A stretch of DNA of 61,341 nt, counting the filler, from Pirum gemmata (lineage: Eukaryota): assembly GCA_002812295.1 (NCBI GenBank). It is 14 parts of 14 records of this genome, joined end to end, with 100 filler letters (N's around TTAATTAATTAA, not from the genome) between each part and the next. Parts side by side here need not be neighbours in the genome. Positions count along the whole stretch, not along the records: positions 13,082 to 16,966 come from PDIN01001811.1; positions 17,067 to 20,930 come from PDIN01001812.1; positions 21,031 to 24,831 come from PDIN01001813.1; positions 24,932 to 28,780 come from PDIN01001814.1; 10 more parts are not named here. The stretch is one strand, 5' to 3'. Of the stretch, positions 13,871 to 24,967 are shown piece after piece. Every line of letters begins with the position of its first letter. Position 1 is the first letter of the stretch. The notes beneath the pieces were generated by a model. The model did not search any database. It was not told the DNA's origin and saw nothing but the letters and a program-made list of their open reading frames with translations. The position numbers and the translations under genes are program-made.

Positions 13871-15218
13871 ATATTAAATATTATTACTATTATTATTTTA
13901 GAAAGATTTATTACAAATTAATAAATCGAAGGAGGTTAAAAAAAAAAATCCTCAATCTTCGATTTTTACATACAAAAAATCGTAAAAAATGGTTGTTATT
14001 ATTGCACAAATTAATTATAGTACTTTTAATTATTTGTATATCGATATGATTCACAAATAAAATAAAATAAAATAAAAAGAAAAATAATAAATCTGTATTA
14101 CTGTAATAATATGATAAAAAAACAAACTCTCTTTACTCTCAAAATAACTCAGCAGACTTCAGTAGTACTGGCTAGTCTATTTGAGTTTTATCAAGGACTT
14201 CAAAAAAAGGTTCTTTTTTTGAAGTCCTTGGTTTTATTGAATCATTATCAGGCCAGTGTGCAGTGTACGAGTACCCATAGGGCTGTAGATCATTACAGTA
14301 GATTGGGTCTACTGTTGTTGTACTATAGTCTATATCAGTCTATATGAGTCATAATATGACTGCTGCATGGTAGTCTACTATTAAAAATTTTTTAATGTTT
14401 TTTTAAAAAAAACATAATAATATGTCATTGCTTTACTAGCACATTTTTCCTTTTTTATAAAAAATAAAACTCGGTACTAGTAGTACTAGTAGCTACGAAT
14501 CCCCCTACGATAGGCGTCGATAGCTATTAATTAAAGATAACTAGGCTAAGAGAGAAAGAGTTTTTATAGGTCCATTATCTACTAAGTTTAGTCTATGAAT
14601 ATACATGTTCAGTGTGCCTAGTTCAGTCAACTTCAGTACTAGTGTGCATTGTACGTACATATCTGTACGTATCAACATTTGTATCAACATTTGTATCAAC
14701 ATTTGTATCAATGTTGTTATCGTTGTTTCAATTTTAGTATATGCATGCGCATCATACACCTCAGCTATAGAAAGTTTCTTTCGGAAGCTCGTTACAATCT
14801 CGTTCGTATCTTAGTATTATAGCACATTCTTCCTTTTTTATATTATAAATAAGAGTTTAAATAAGGTATATTTAACTGCATATTTACATTCTTTTAGTGT
14901 GCCCGATTGACGATGATCCACTGATGAAAATTCATTGGTAAAAATATAAAAGCGTAGTAGTAGATCTAAACAGTTTTAAAAGAAATTATTTAGAAGCTAA
15001 ATTCCGAAGCTAAATAATGGTTTCTAAAGCAGTGTTCAGAAGTTCAGAATTTAATAGTATAGTAGACCGGCTTAGTATTGTAGTAATATCAGATATTGAG
15101 TGAATCACATTGTTATTTAATTAGTTGTTATGCTTATATAATACATCATTATTATAATATATATTTAAAATATAATATATGTGATAGATAGATAATGTCT
15201 CAACAGAAATCCGCATCT

Positions 15219-15251
<33 letters not shown>

Positions 15252-15943
15252 CCTATAATTTACTATGCATTTACAATGTTAAACTCTAGCTAGTAGTAGT
15301 GAGGCCTCTCTAGCTACTAGCGTATAATTATCATTTATTTATTTATATTTATAAGTAACTTTTATTTTGATATGGTAGTTACATGGTATATATAGACTAT
15401 GAAGTAGTACTATGAAGTATTGTTTATTTCATTACAGTTGTCATCTCAATCTTTAATTTGGTACTGTTTAAGTGTATAATTGAACTTGTTTATAAAATAC
15501 AACATTAAGTATAAAATACCAAACTAATTAAAACATGTAGTTTAAAATTAAATACAGCTTCAAATACCCCTACCTACCTACCCCTCGACGTTAATTTTCG
15601 GTCAAATACCACCTAACTACCTACCCCTTGACGTGACTTGTTTTGAACTATTTTTGAACTGGACAACATTAGTACAACACATGCGAGTTAAATTTTTTAT
15701 AGCTTACAAAATAAGTAAATTTTTAAAATAGCTATTAATAACTACCATACACAGTCTAAGGAGCTGTCTTAGAGAGTCTTGTCTACAATGTCTTGAGACC
15801 TTAGGTTAGGATCTGATTTGAATATTGATGGATTGCCAGGATTGTAGCAAATCATCACTCAAATCATATATATAGAATCATATAAATACTATAAATATAT
15901 TATAAATAAAAATATATATAATAATAAAAAACATTTTTAACAG

Positions 15944-16142
15944 CTAAACCGGATAAAACTGTAGAAATCTTTTTTTTTTTAGACCTCTTTCTAAAAAAAC
16001 TACCCAAATTATTTTTAAAAACTAGCCATGGGTTCATAATAGAGTTTTTTTTGTTAGAATATCTCAAAACTTGGTAGTACTTACATGAAAATTGGTTAAT
16101 TTTGAGATTTGCCAGATGTCCCAATTTATATCCAGCTTGGTA

Positions 16143-16143
<1 letters not shown>
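15944..16143 (-). mobile_element. MITE family B copy
   Basis: Reverse-complement match to 6934-7161, including both TIRs. Confidence 0.75.
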
Positions 16144-16177
<34 letters not shown>

Positions 16178-17147
16178 ATTTTTTTTTTTTTTTTTTTTTT
16201 TATTGGGTTAGTTCTATTCGCTCTTTTTTCTGTTCTTTGAAGTTGAAGTTGAAGTTTGAACTTCTTTCCTGAACTTTTCCTGAGCTTCTTTCTCTCATTT
16301 TTTGCATCAAAAATGTACTTATCACCTAAATATAAAACTTTTACAAAAAAATATTTCTTTTTTTAGAATTTCCAAGTTCTAAAGAAGTTGGGCCTAGCTA
16401 GCTAGCTAGTAGGAAGCAGGTCTGTCTGTTCAACAAACCAGTTCAACAAAATTTAAAGACTGCATTTTTTATAAATAATTATTTGTTTACTAGAGACTAT
16501 ATATTATTATACTAAGTAATATACATATGATATATCGATATATATATGATATCATACCTGCTACTGTATATCGATACCTCTTCTTAAGTAGCATACCCAT
16601 CCATTTTGTCTAGTAAATATATATACAAAACCTAATAATTCATTTTAAAATTGAAACTTTTCCCCTTTCGATACTCTTGTTCATATTTTTGTTTCTGTAA
16701 TTTATTTTTCAAAATTTCATGCTCTAGTTTTAATTTTTCTTGTTGCAGAATATCACTTATTTATTTATTCTTTTATTAATTATTATTATTTCGGTTTACA
16801 TTAATCAGCAGACTTAGTATCATACTATGGCAAACTACTAGGTTTTCAAAAAATACTACTAGTAGTAGTTCTACTAGTCTAGAGTATCTATAATAATATA
16901 TTATTATGTTATGTGTTTTCAAACACATAATATTATTATACGATTCATACTTTATTTTTTTTTTTTNNNNNNNNNNNNNNNNNNNNNNNNNNNNNNNNNN
17001 NNNNNNNNNNTTAATTAATTAANNNNNNNNNNNNNNNNNNNNNNNNNNNNNNNNNNNNNNNNNNNNAATAATAATAATAATAATAATAGTAATAATAATA
17101 ATAATAATAACGAAGATTGTCATTTTAAAGCCATTATTAATAATATT

Positions 17148-17731
17148 GTGAACTTTAATAAGAACAATATGCCAAGTAATGATGAAGCCATGATCAGTAA
17201 CATTGTCAATTTTAAGAAGAAAAAAGAAACCGTGAGAAAACCAAAAAAGAGCAATCCTCCTAAGAAAAAAGAGCATAAAAAAACTGCGAAAAAATATATT
17301 CGCAAAAAAGATAGACAAAATACACCAAACGACAACGATGTTGACAGCAAAAGCACTACAAAAAAAACGGGGAACAAAAAAGATGTTCGTAAAATTAACA
17401 ATATACCTGGAAAGCATTATTATAAATTATATGAAAAACGCGACAATTTGAAGGATGGTGATGATGATGGTGATGATGGTGAGAGTACCGAAGATGATGA
17501 AAGTGTAAATGCGTACATGAATACTGTATGGGCTAAGAGGTATGAGGCTATTCGAGCATTAAAAAATAATAGTGAACCAAACAACGTCTGTGAAACTACT
17601 TATCATAGTAACAAAAACATCGACAATGATGATAATGCTAATAGTAATAGTGAAAGTAATACTAATAATAATAATAATGGTAATAATGATAAGAATAAGA
17701 ATAAGAATAAGAATAAGAATAATGATGATGC

Positions 17732-17762
<31 letters not shown>

Positions 17763-18239
17763 GATAATGATAGTAATGATAATGATAATAATGATAATGA
17801 TAGTGGTATTACTTCCAGCAATTATAATAGTTATTGTTCTAGCAATAGTAGTAGTTACAGCAATAGCATTAATAATAGTAATTATAGTAGTGACTGTGAA
17901 GAAAATGAAAATAATGATTTTGATAATAATAATATAAGCGGTAGTAATGGAAAAGAAAATACAAAGTATATACATACTGGTGAGCAGGAATCCATGATTA
18001 CTCGCAAACGTAAACAAGTTTTTAATGACAATGGTATCGATAGTATATTGATGACTGCAAAAAGAAAACAACAAAGCACCCCATTTGGAGACAAGAGTAA
18101 TGTTGGAGAAAAACGTATGCAACACGGGGTTACCCTGCACCCCGACAAAACAGCCATTTCAGTTTTAATTAACGAATTCGGTGGAACTAAAAAAATTGTC
18201 GATGACAAATTTCTTAAGACTGTGCGAGGTGGGGTGTGA
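17148..18239 (+). CDS. Hypothetical Lys-rich, Asn/Asp-rich protein (363 aa; start uncertain near the contig edge)
   Basis: Long ORF with non-repetitive segments flanking an N/D low-complexity tract; no domain recognised. Confidence 0.6.
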
Positions 18240-18808
18240 TTTGGATAATTGATAAGATTTTTTATTGATTTTTTTAAGATTTTTTTAGTATTTTTTTTTT
18301 TAAAAAAATATATATATATATCACAATTTATTAAATGTATAATAAAGTAATTACTCTTTGAATAAATGAATAATGTTAACTTTTTTTTTATTTTTTTAAT
18401 TAAAATAATAATAAAAAAAACGAATGAACTTAACGATTTAACTAGTGTTATAAAATTACCCTTTTACTTGTTTTTACATTTAGTTTGTCCCCACCATTTT
18501 CTTTGTTTTAGATAAATAATAATGATAAAGAGTAATTAATTTCTCTTGAATAAAAGAATAACTTTAACGTTCTTGTTAAAAAAAAAAATTAAAAAAATAG
18601 TAATAATAATAAAAAAAGAAATAAAAAAAAACGAATGAAACTAATGAGTTTGTTATCAATATACAACTATTGAACAATAAAAATAAAAATATGCTATAAC
18701 GCAAAAAAATTTAAAACGAAGAATAATTGCAACGTTTTTTAAAAAAACAAAACAACAAAACCAAAAGAAAGAAAAGAAAAAGAAAAAGAAAAAGACCAAC
18801 AACCCTAA

Positions 18809-20029
18809 TCAATGGTAAAATGACATTTTACTAATTTTTACGTCTAGTTTTTCAAGATTCATTAAAAGAGGTATTAGATGGACTTTAAGGTCACAAATAC
18901 CAAAATCTGATAAATGAAGCTCTCGAAGATTTGTTAAGGAATACAGAGATTGTAAATCAGCAGGTTTCAAAGCAGAGGTTATCCGCAGATCGAGTTTTTG
19001 GATATTCGTCAACGATCGTAATGGTTGTAAGGGTTGCGAATCATCAAGGGGTTCAAAACAACAAAGATTAAGTTCTTGCAGATTACTTAAATATTTCAAT
19101 GATTCTAAATGTTCTGGTTTTTTACAACTATTTAAATTAAGTTTTTTTAGTTTTGTCAAGGATTTTAAAAAAAGTAAATCATCTAATCTCTCACATTTTC
19201 TTAAATCAAGTTTTTGAAGATTAGTCACTGACTGTAATGCCTCAAATTCATGAACTTGCACACATTCACTCAAATTCAGCTCTTGTAGGTTAGTTAGATA
19301 TTGTAATGGTTTTAAGTTGGTAAGTTGCTTGCACTCGCCCAAAAGGAGAAACTGAAGATTTACTAATGATCTTAAAGGTGTCAAATCACAAAATTGATTA
19401 CACTGTCTTAAATCTAACTTTCGAATATTAACTAGCGTTTGTAAAGGTTGTAAATCACGAAGTTGTTCACAAAATCTCAAGCAAATTTCTTCAAGATTAA
19501 TCAATGTTTTTAGTGGCGTTAACTCAGTAAGCTCGGAACACCAACTCAAATTAAGTTTGTGAAGGTTGGTCAAATACTGCAGCGGTTTTACATTACGAAG
19601 ATTATAACCCATAGTTATAGCAAGATTTTGGAGTTGGGTTAATGACCCAAGCGGGGACAAATTGCTCAGCAATTTACAGTTATGCAATTCAACAGTATGA
19701 AGAAAGCATAACGACTGAATTGCTTGTATATCAATGAGTTTGTAACAACGATTCAATGAGATGCTTCGAATACAGGTCAACGATTGAAGAGACTGTACAT
19801 TTGTAATTTCATTACAGTATGTAAAACTTAGTTTTGAGATCTTACTAAACCCACGGAAGGTTGGAAGGTAATCTTTTTTCTTACAACGCAATTTCTCTAA
19901 AGAGTGGATGCTAGTTAAAACTTCTAAGTGCAAATCCTTGCTGGTAACAAGTATGGAATATATGGTCTTAAGATCGGTAATATATTGTAATTTTAGAAGG
20001 AGATTTACAACAATACAAAGTGAGTTCAT
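18809..20029 (-). CDS. Leucine-rich repeat protein (about 13-14 repeats of 22 aa, LxxLxxLxLxxCxxLxDLxPL) with a possible degenerate N-terminal F-box-like segment
   Basis: Regular repeats such as LQYLTNLHKLNLSWCSELTELTPL and LRSLVNLQFLLLGECKQLTNLKPL; N-terminal LQYITDLKTIYSILVTSKDLH. Confidence 0.9.
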   Translation of the reverse strand: MNSLCIVVNLLLKLQYITDLKTIYSILVTSKDLHLEVLTSIHSLEKLRCKKKDYLPTFRGFSKISKLSFTYCNEITNVQSLQSLTCIRSISLNRCYKLIDIQAIQSLCFLHTVELHNCKLLSNLSPLGSLTQLQNLAITMGYNLRNVKPLQYLTNLHKLNLSWCSELTELTPLKTLINLEEICLRFCEQLRDLQPLQTLVNIRKLDLRQCNQFCDLTPLRSLVNLQFLLLGECKQLTNLKPLQYLTNLQELNLSECVQVHEFEALQSVTNLQKLDLRKCERLDDLLFLKSLTKLKKLNLNSCKKPEHLESLKYLSNLQELNLCCFEPLDDSQPLQPLRSLTNIQKLDLRITSALKPADLQSLYSLTNLRELHLSDFGICDLKVHLIPLLMNLEKLDVKISKMSFYH

Positions 20030-20140
20030 AACGCACGCAACACAAAAACCTTACGCTTTATGATTTTTGAGTTTATTTCGTTATTTTTTATATCATCAAA
20101 TCCTTTTATATAATAAATAAATAGACTAGCTAGACCTAAT

Positions 20141-20471
20141 GCCTTTCAAAATATACAATAAATTGTACCAAATTAATACAATAAAATCCATTTTATTTAA
20201 TTTGGTACCCTTTATTATTTATTTATTAATGTAAAAAAAAACAATTTAAATATTATAACCAACCAAATAAATATTCCGAGTAGACTATTATTATCGTGAT
20301 TTTTTTCATTTATATGTCACTCTGAATATTTATTTGGAGGGTTATAATCTTTAAATTGTCTTTTTTAAATCAATACATAGATAATAAAACATACCAAATT
20401 GAATTAAATGGATGTATATTTTATTAATTTGGTACTATTTATTGTTTATTTTATGATGACAAAAAGTACTA
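20141..20471. mobile_element. Two MITE family A copies in opposite orientation (20141-20281 minus, 20292-20471 plus)
   Basis: Core and TIR similarity to 2812-2986. Confidence 0.75.
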
Positions 20472-20562
20472 CTAGCTAGTCTACACTACAGTAGATCACC
20501 TCTAGCTAGATCACAAAAAGACAACCACTTTTTTATTTTTATTTTTATCAGAGGGTCTATGA

Positions 20563-20787
20563 TAGCCGCGGATAAAACTGTAGAAATTCCTTTTTAGACT
20601 TCTTTTTTTTTAAAACTAGCCAAATTATTTTTAAAAACTAGCTATTGGTTCATAATAGAGTCTTATTAGTTAAAAGATTTCATAACATTTGGTAGTACTT
20701 TTATTAAAATTGGATTATTTTGAGATTTTTTTTGGATTTTTGGGCTCATATGGTGGATGTTTCTATTTTTGTAAATCCGACTTGGTA
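20563..20787 (-). mobile_element. MITE family B copy
   Basis: Reverse-complement match to 6934-7161. Confidence 0.75.
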
Positions 20788-20805
20788 TATTAAAAACAAA
20801 AAAAA

Positions 20806-20845
<40 letters not shown>

Positions 20846-21574
20846 GTGATGATGATAGTAAAACATGATAATGTGATTATTAACGTAACAATTGTTAATA
20901 TAATTTAATCATATAATAAAGTATTAATTGNNNNNNNNNNNNNNNNNNNNNNNNNNNNNNNNNNNNNNNNNNNNTTAATTAATTAANNNNNNNNNNNNNN
21001 NNNNNNNNNNNNNNNNNNNNNNNNNNNNNNGATGTTGATGTTGATGTTGATGTTGATGTTGATGTTGATGTGATGTTGATGTTGCTGTTGATGTTGATGT
21101 TGACGTTAATATACGTTGATGTTTAGGTTTGAAGTGTTGAGGTTTGAGGTTTAAGGTTTGAGGTTTAAGGTTTGGGGTTGTTGTTGTTGTTGTTGTTTTT
21201 GTTGCTTATCATGTTTTTGTTGTTGAGATTGTTGCTTAGGATGATGAGGTTGATGGTTTACTTGCAACGCTTGAGCGGCAACTTCAAGTTGAGACATCAA
21301 CACAGCATGATCCATTTTAATTTTAATTTTAATTTTAATTTTATCACTTTAACTTTCAGCGAAAAAGGGCATATTATAATCTTTATAAAGTGAAAATTTA
21401 TGAATAAAATAAAATTTATAAAAATGTAAAAATAAAAATATAATAAATGTAATTTAATTTTTTATATAATATTTTTTTTTTTTTTTTTTTTTTTAATTTT
21501 TTTTTTTTATTTTTTTTTTTTTTTTTTTTTTTATGAACTATTCTATTTTATATGTGATCGTTTTACATTATTGT

Positions 21575-21740
21575 GCGTTTCATTATTTTGTTGTTATTAT
21601 TATGTCAACCCCTTTATTTGGCTGGTTATGATATTTAAACTGACTTTTTTAAATGAATAAATAAATAATAAAGAATACCAAATTAAATGAAGTGGATTTA
21701 TATTGTATTAATTTGGTACCCTTTATTTGTATATTTTATA
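21575..21740 (+). mobile_element. MITE family A, diverged copy
   Basis: Core ATACCAAATTAAATGAAGTGGATTTATATTGTATTAATTTGGTAC. Confidence 0.7.
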
Positions 21741-21916
21741 CCGAGTCTCTAGACCCTTAGTTAGGTAGCTTAGTTAGGTATCGTAGCTAGCTAGCTAGAG
21801 CTAGCTAGTCTACCTTGAAAAATAATTTTAATTAACTGAAAAATAAGTGGGATCATCACCTTTGCTCGGTGCTGAAACTCTTCGAGCCAATTCTCCCCAA
21901 ACCTTTACCACTCCCC

Positions 21917-21998
21917 CCTAACCCTAACCCTAACCCTAACCCTAACCTAATCCTAACCCTAACCCTAACCCTAACCTATCAATAGCTAATCCTAACTA
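21917..21998 (-). repeat. Interstitial (CCCTAA)n array
   Basis: Read directly. Confidence 0.9.
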
Positions 21999-22194
21999 AA
22001 ATTGCTCGTTTATATTTTTTTTCGATTAGGTCCCTCTATTAATTAGGGGTTCTGCAGACTGTAGCCAGCGGGAATTCTCTGTTTTTTTTTTAATTAAAGC
22101 CTAAAACTAACGGCGATACTGGCAGGGTTGAGCGGCAAACACACCCCAAAAAACGGAATAGTCTATCGTTGTTGAACGTGATGACGTAACCTGT

Positions 22195-22296
22195 TTAGGG
22201 TTAGCGTTCCTCCTACTCTAGCTAGAGTAGCTATCGATAGAGGCTTAGGGTTAGAGAGCTAGAGCTTAGGGTTAGGGTTAGGGTTAGGGTTAGGGT
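22195..22296 (+). repeat. Interstitial (TTAGGG)n array interleaved with CTAG-type sequence
   Basis: Read directly. Confidence 0.85.
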
Positions 22297-22367
22297 AGGT
22301 AGTCTAACGCTGAAAAGAAAAGGTTGAAAGACCCCAGGAAAACACAAAACACTGAGAATGAACGAAG

Positions 22368-22655
22368 TCTAACGCTTTAAAATTTTAATTAATTAAAACT
22401 TTTAAGTCTGTTGCTTTGTTATATATTTGACGAAGGGCTGCTAGATTAGCTAATATTAATGCTTTAAAAGAAAACAAAACACTTGCACAATTAAATCTGG
22501 AAGGAAATTGTGTTAGTGACGACGGGACTAATTGGTTAACTGACGCTTTAAAAGAAAACAAAGTACTCATAATGTTAAATTTAATAGGAAACGGAATTTC
22601 TAAGGGGGCTATTAAATTAGTGAACGCTTTAGTAACGAAGGGGTTAATAAATTAG
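22368..22655 (+). pseudogene. Ribonuclease-inhibitor/NLRC3-type LRR gene fragment
   Basis: 22440-22655 translates to ARLANINALKENKTLAQLNLEGNCVSDDGTNWLTDALKENKVLIMLNLIGNGISKGAIKLVNAL (28-aa RI-type repeats); the upstream repeat has a frameshift and stops. Confidence 0.8.
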
Positions 22656-22658
22656 CCA

Positions 22659-22684
22659 ACCCTAACCCTAACCCTAACCCTAAC
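22659..22684 (-). repeat. Short (CCCTAA)4 array immediately after the LRR fragment stop codon
   Basis: Read directly. Confidence 0.85.
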
Positions 22685-22750
22685 TCAAAATAAAGAAAAT
22701 AAACAACAACAAATATACTTCCTTAGTTAAAACCTATATTTTAATTAACT

Positions 22751-23087
22751 TTAATTAGAAGGGTGAGCGTAAGGTTGAGCTGATGAATCCTCAGAATCCA
22801 ATAGCAATTCTACATTACTTTCAGCTCCAGAAGATTCCACATTATTCAGTTTTTTATCACCACTATTGCCATATTTCTCGTGTAGTTTATAATAAACAGC
22901 GCACAATACGTTAAGAATCATCAACAATATACTAATAACCAAAGCAAGGCATAAAATTACATAGGAATTTCCAGGTGCGCAAGCCACAGTGTCACCAAGT
23001 GAGTCACAAAGGTTACCAAATGTTAACCCACTTCCAAAAAGATCGTATTCCAGCATACTGGATTCCATTAACCCTAAGCAAATATAG
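22751..23087 (-). CDS. C-terminal exon or fragment of a membrane protein (one TM helix)
   Basis: YICLGLMESSMLEYDLFGSGLTFGNLCDSLGDTVACAPGNS-YVILCLALVISILLMILNVLCAVYY-KLHEK...; candidate acceptor TATAG at 23088; the upstream LT repeat is translated telomere repeat. Confidence 0.55.
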
Positions 23088-23091
23088 CTAT

Positions 23092-23356
23092 AGGGTTTTA
23101 GGGTTAGGGTTAGGGTTAGGGTTAGGGTTAACGTTAGGGTTAACGTTAGGGTTAGGGTTAACGTTGGGGTTAGGGTTAGGGTTAGGGTTAGGGTTAGGGT
23201 TAGGGTTAGGGTTAGGGTTAGGGTTAGGGTTAGGGTTAGGGTTAGGGTTAGGGGGTTAGGGTTAGGGTCAGGGTTAGGGTCAGGGTTAGGGTTATTAGGG
23301 ATAATTAAGGTTAGGGTTAGGGTTAGGGTTAGGGTTAGGGTTAGGGTTAGGGTTAG
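23092..23356 (+). repeat. Long interstitial (TTAGGG)n array (~265 bp) with TTAACG and TCAGGG variants
   Basis: Read directly. Confidence 0.95.
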
Positions 23357-23431
23357 GTATATATGTGAAGGCAACACACCGAAAGTAGTTATTACCTAAC
23401 CTAGTGTATGTGTTTAATTGTGACATTTTAA

Positions 23432-23663
23432 CCTTTCCCAATTCTGCTCGAGCCCGAAAACTTGAATTTCTGCTGTCGAAAAAAAAAGCCGAAATTCAGC
23501 CCTGTTCGAAAATTATTTTTCCATTTTTTCGGGTTTGTAAATAAATAAATATACTTGAGTACTTAATTGTTATAATTATTAGCTTTTAAAATTTTCGAAC
23601 TTATATTTAATTAATGCATAGGCCCGAAATCTTAATTATTAAACAAAGCAGAATTGGGAGAAG
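23432..23663 (+). mobile_element. MITE family E (~230 bp)
   Basis: TIR TCCCAATTCTGCT...AGCAGAATTGGGA; the left ~105 bp recur inverted at 39941-40047. Confidence 0.7.
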
Positions 23664-23891
23664 CCTAATGTTTGTTTTTGAAAATTTTATAGCGCTTTTC
23701 ATTTATTTTGCCACTCCGAACATTTATTTGATAGGAAAACCCGAATTTTTTTTCGAAAATTCAGACTAGTTTTTCTACAGCTAACTCCACAAGTTCCGCT
23801 TTGAAAAACAGTACCAATGCTGTTTCACTATGTTTATTATAGTAAGTCATCAATATCTATGATAGCAGTAACATGTAATAGTAGGCACCAG

Positions 23892-23924
<33 letters not shown>

Positions 23925-24754
23925 TGTGGGGCCAAATTTTTTTNNNNNNNNNNNNNNNNNNNNNNNNNNNNNNNNNNNNNNNNNNNNNNNNNNNNNNNNN
24001 NNNNNNNNNNNNNNNNNNNNNNNNNNNNNNNNNNNNNNNNNNNNNNNNNNNNNNNNNNNNNNNNNNNNNNNNNNNNNNNNNNNNNNNNNNNNNNNNNNNN
24101 NNNNNNNNNNNNNNNNNNNNNNNNNNNNNNNNNNNNNNNNNNNNNNNNNNNNNNNNNNNNNNTTTTTTATTTTTTTTTTTTTTTTTTTCGAATTTTATAA
24201 TTGGTAATTTATTTCGATTTTTTTTTTTTGAATGAACCAATAATTACGTCATTTTGGGCAATAATCTACAGACTATTACTAATATAACTTTCTGCTGTAT
24301 GATGTCACTATTTTTCTCCTCTCCCAAAAAAAAATATTTTTTTTTATGCATTTTGATTGAGCAAAATTTTATTTAACCAATTAAAAAAAAGAACCCTTGG
24401 CTAACATTGTTTTAGTGTTTACTTAGTGAGGGTGGACAAAGAAAAACTGTAACTTCGAGCTTTTCACTTTTTAAACACTTATATTTGTATTAATTGAATT
24501 CTACCCCCCTAATATTATTGGTGGAAATTCATTTATATACCATAAGCTTTAATTTGATACCAAAATTTTACCCATTGACCCACTACCCCGTGAGAAACGG
24601 GGTTTCAAGAATTTCCCAATTATTCTAGTGTTGATTTTGGCCCGACCTTTAAATAGATTTGAAATATTCGAATATATTATATAAAAAAATGTGGGAATTT
24701 TTTTTAAAAAAAAAACTAGTATGATAATTAGCATAGTATTAGCATAGACTAATA

Positions 24755-24831
24755 TAGGAGGGATGCCATGACGTCATAATACTAATACCAACCTAGGGTA
24801 CGGCAAAAATTGAAAATTTGACTTAAATTAC
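24755..24831 (+). mobile_element. MITE family D left end, truncated by the contig end
   Basis: TAGGAGGGATGCCATGACGTCAT start. Confidence 0.5.
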
Positions 24832-24967
24832 NNNNNNNNNNNNNNNNNNNNNNNNNNNNNNNNNNNNNNNNNNNNTTAATTAATTAANNNNNNNNNNNNN
24901 NNNNNNNNNNNNNNNNNNNNNNNNNNNNNNNGGTCTACCATGTGGGCTATAAGAAGATGAATTAATT

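Noticed and set aside
22975..23377. (LT)n / (LG)n / (NP)n repeat proteins
   Set aside because: These are translations of TTAGGG arrays, not evidence of a repeat protein
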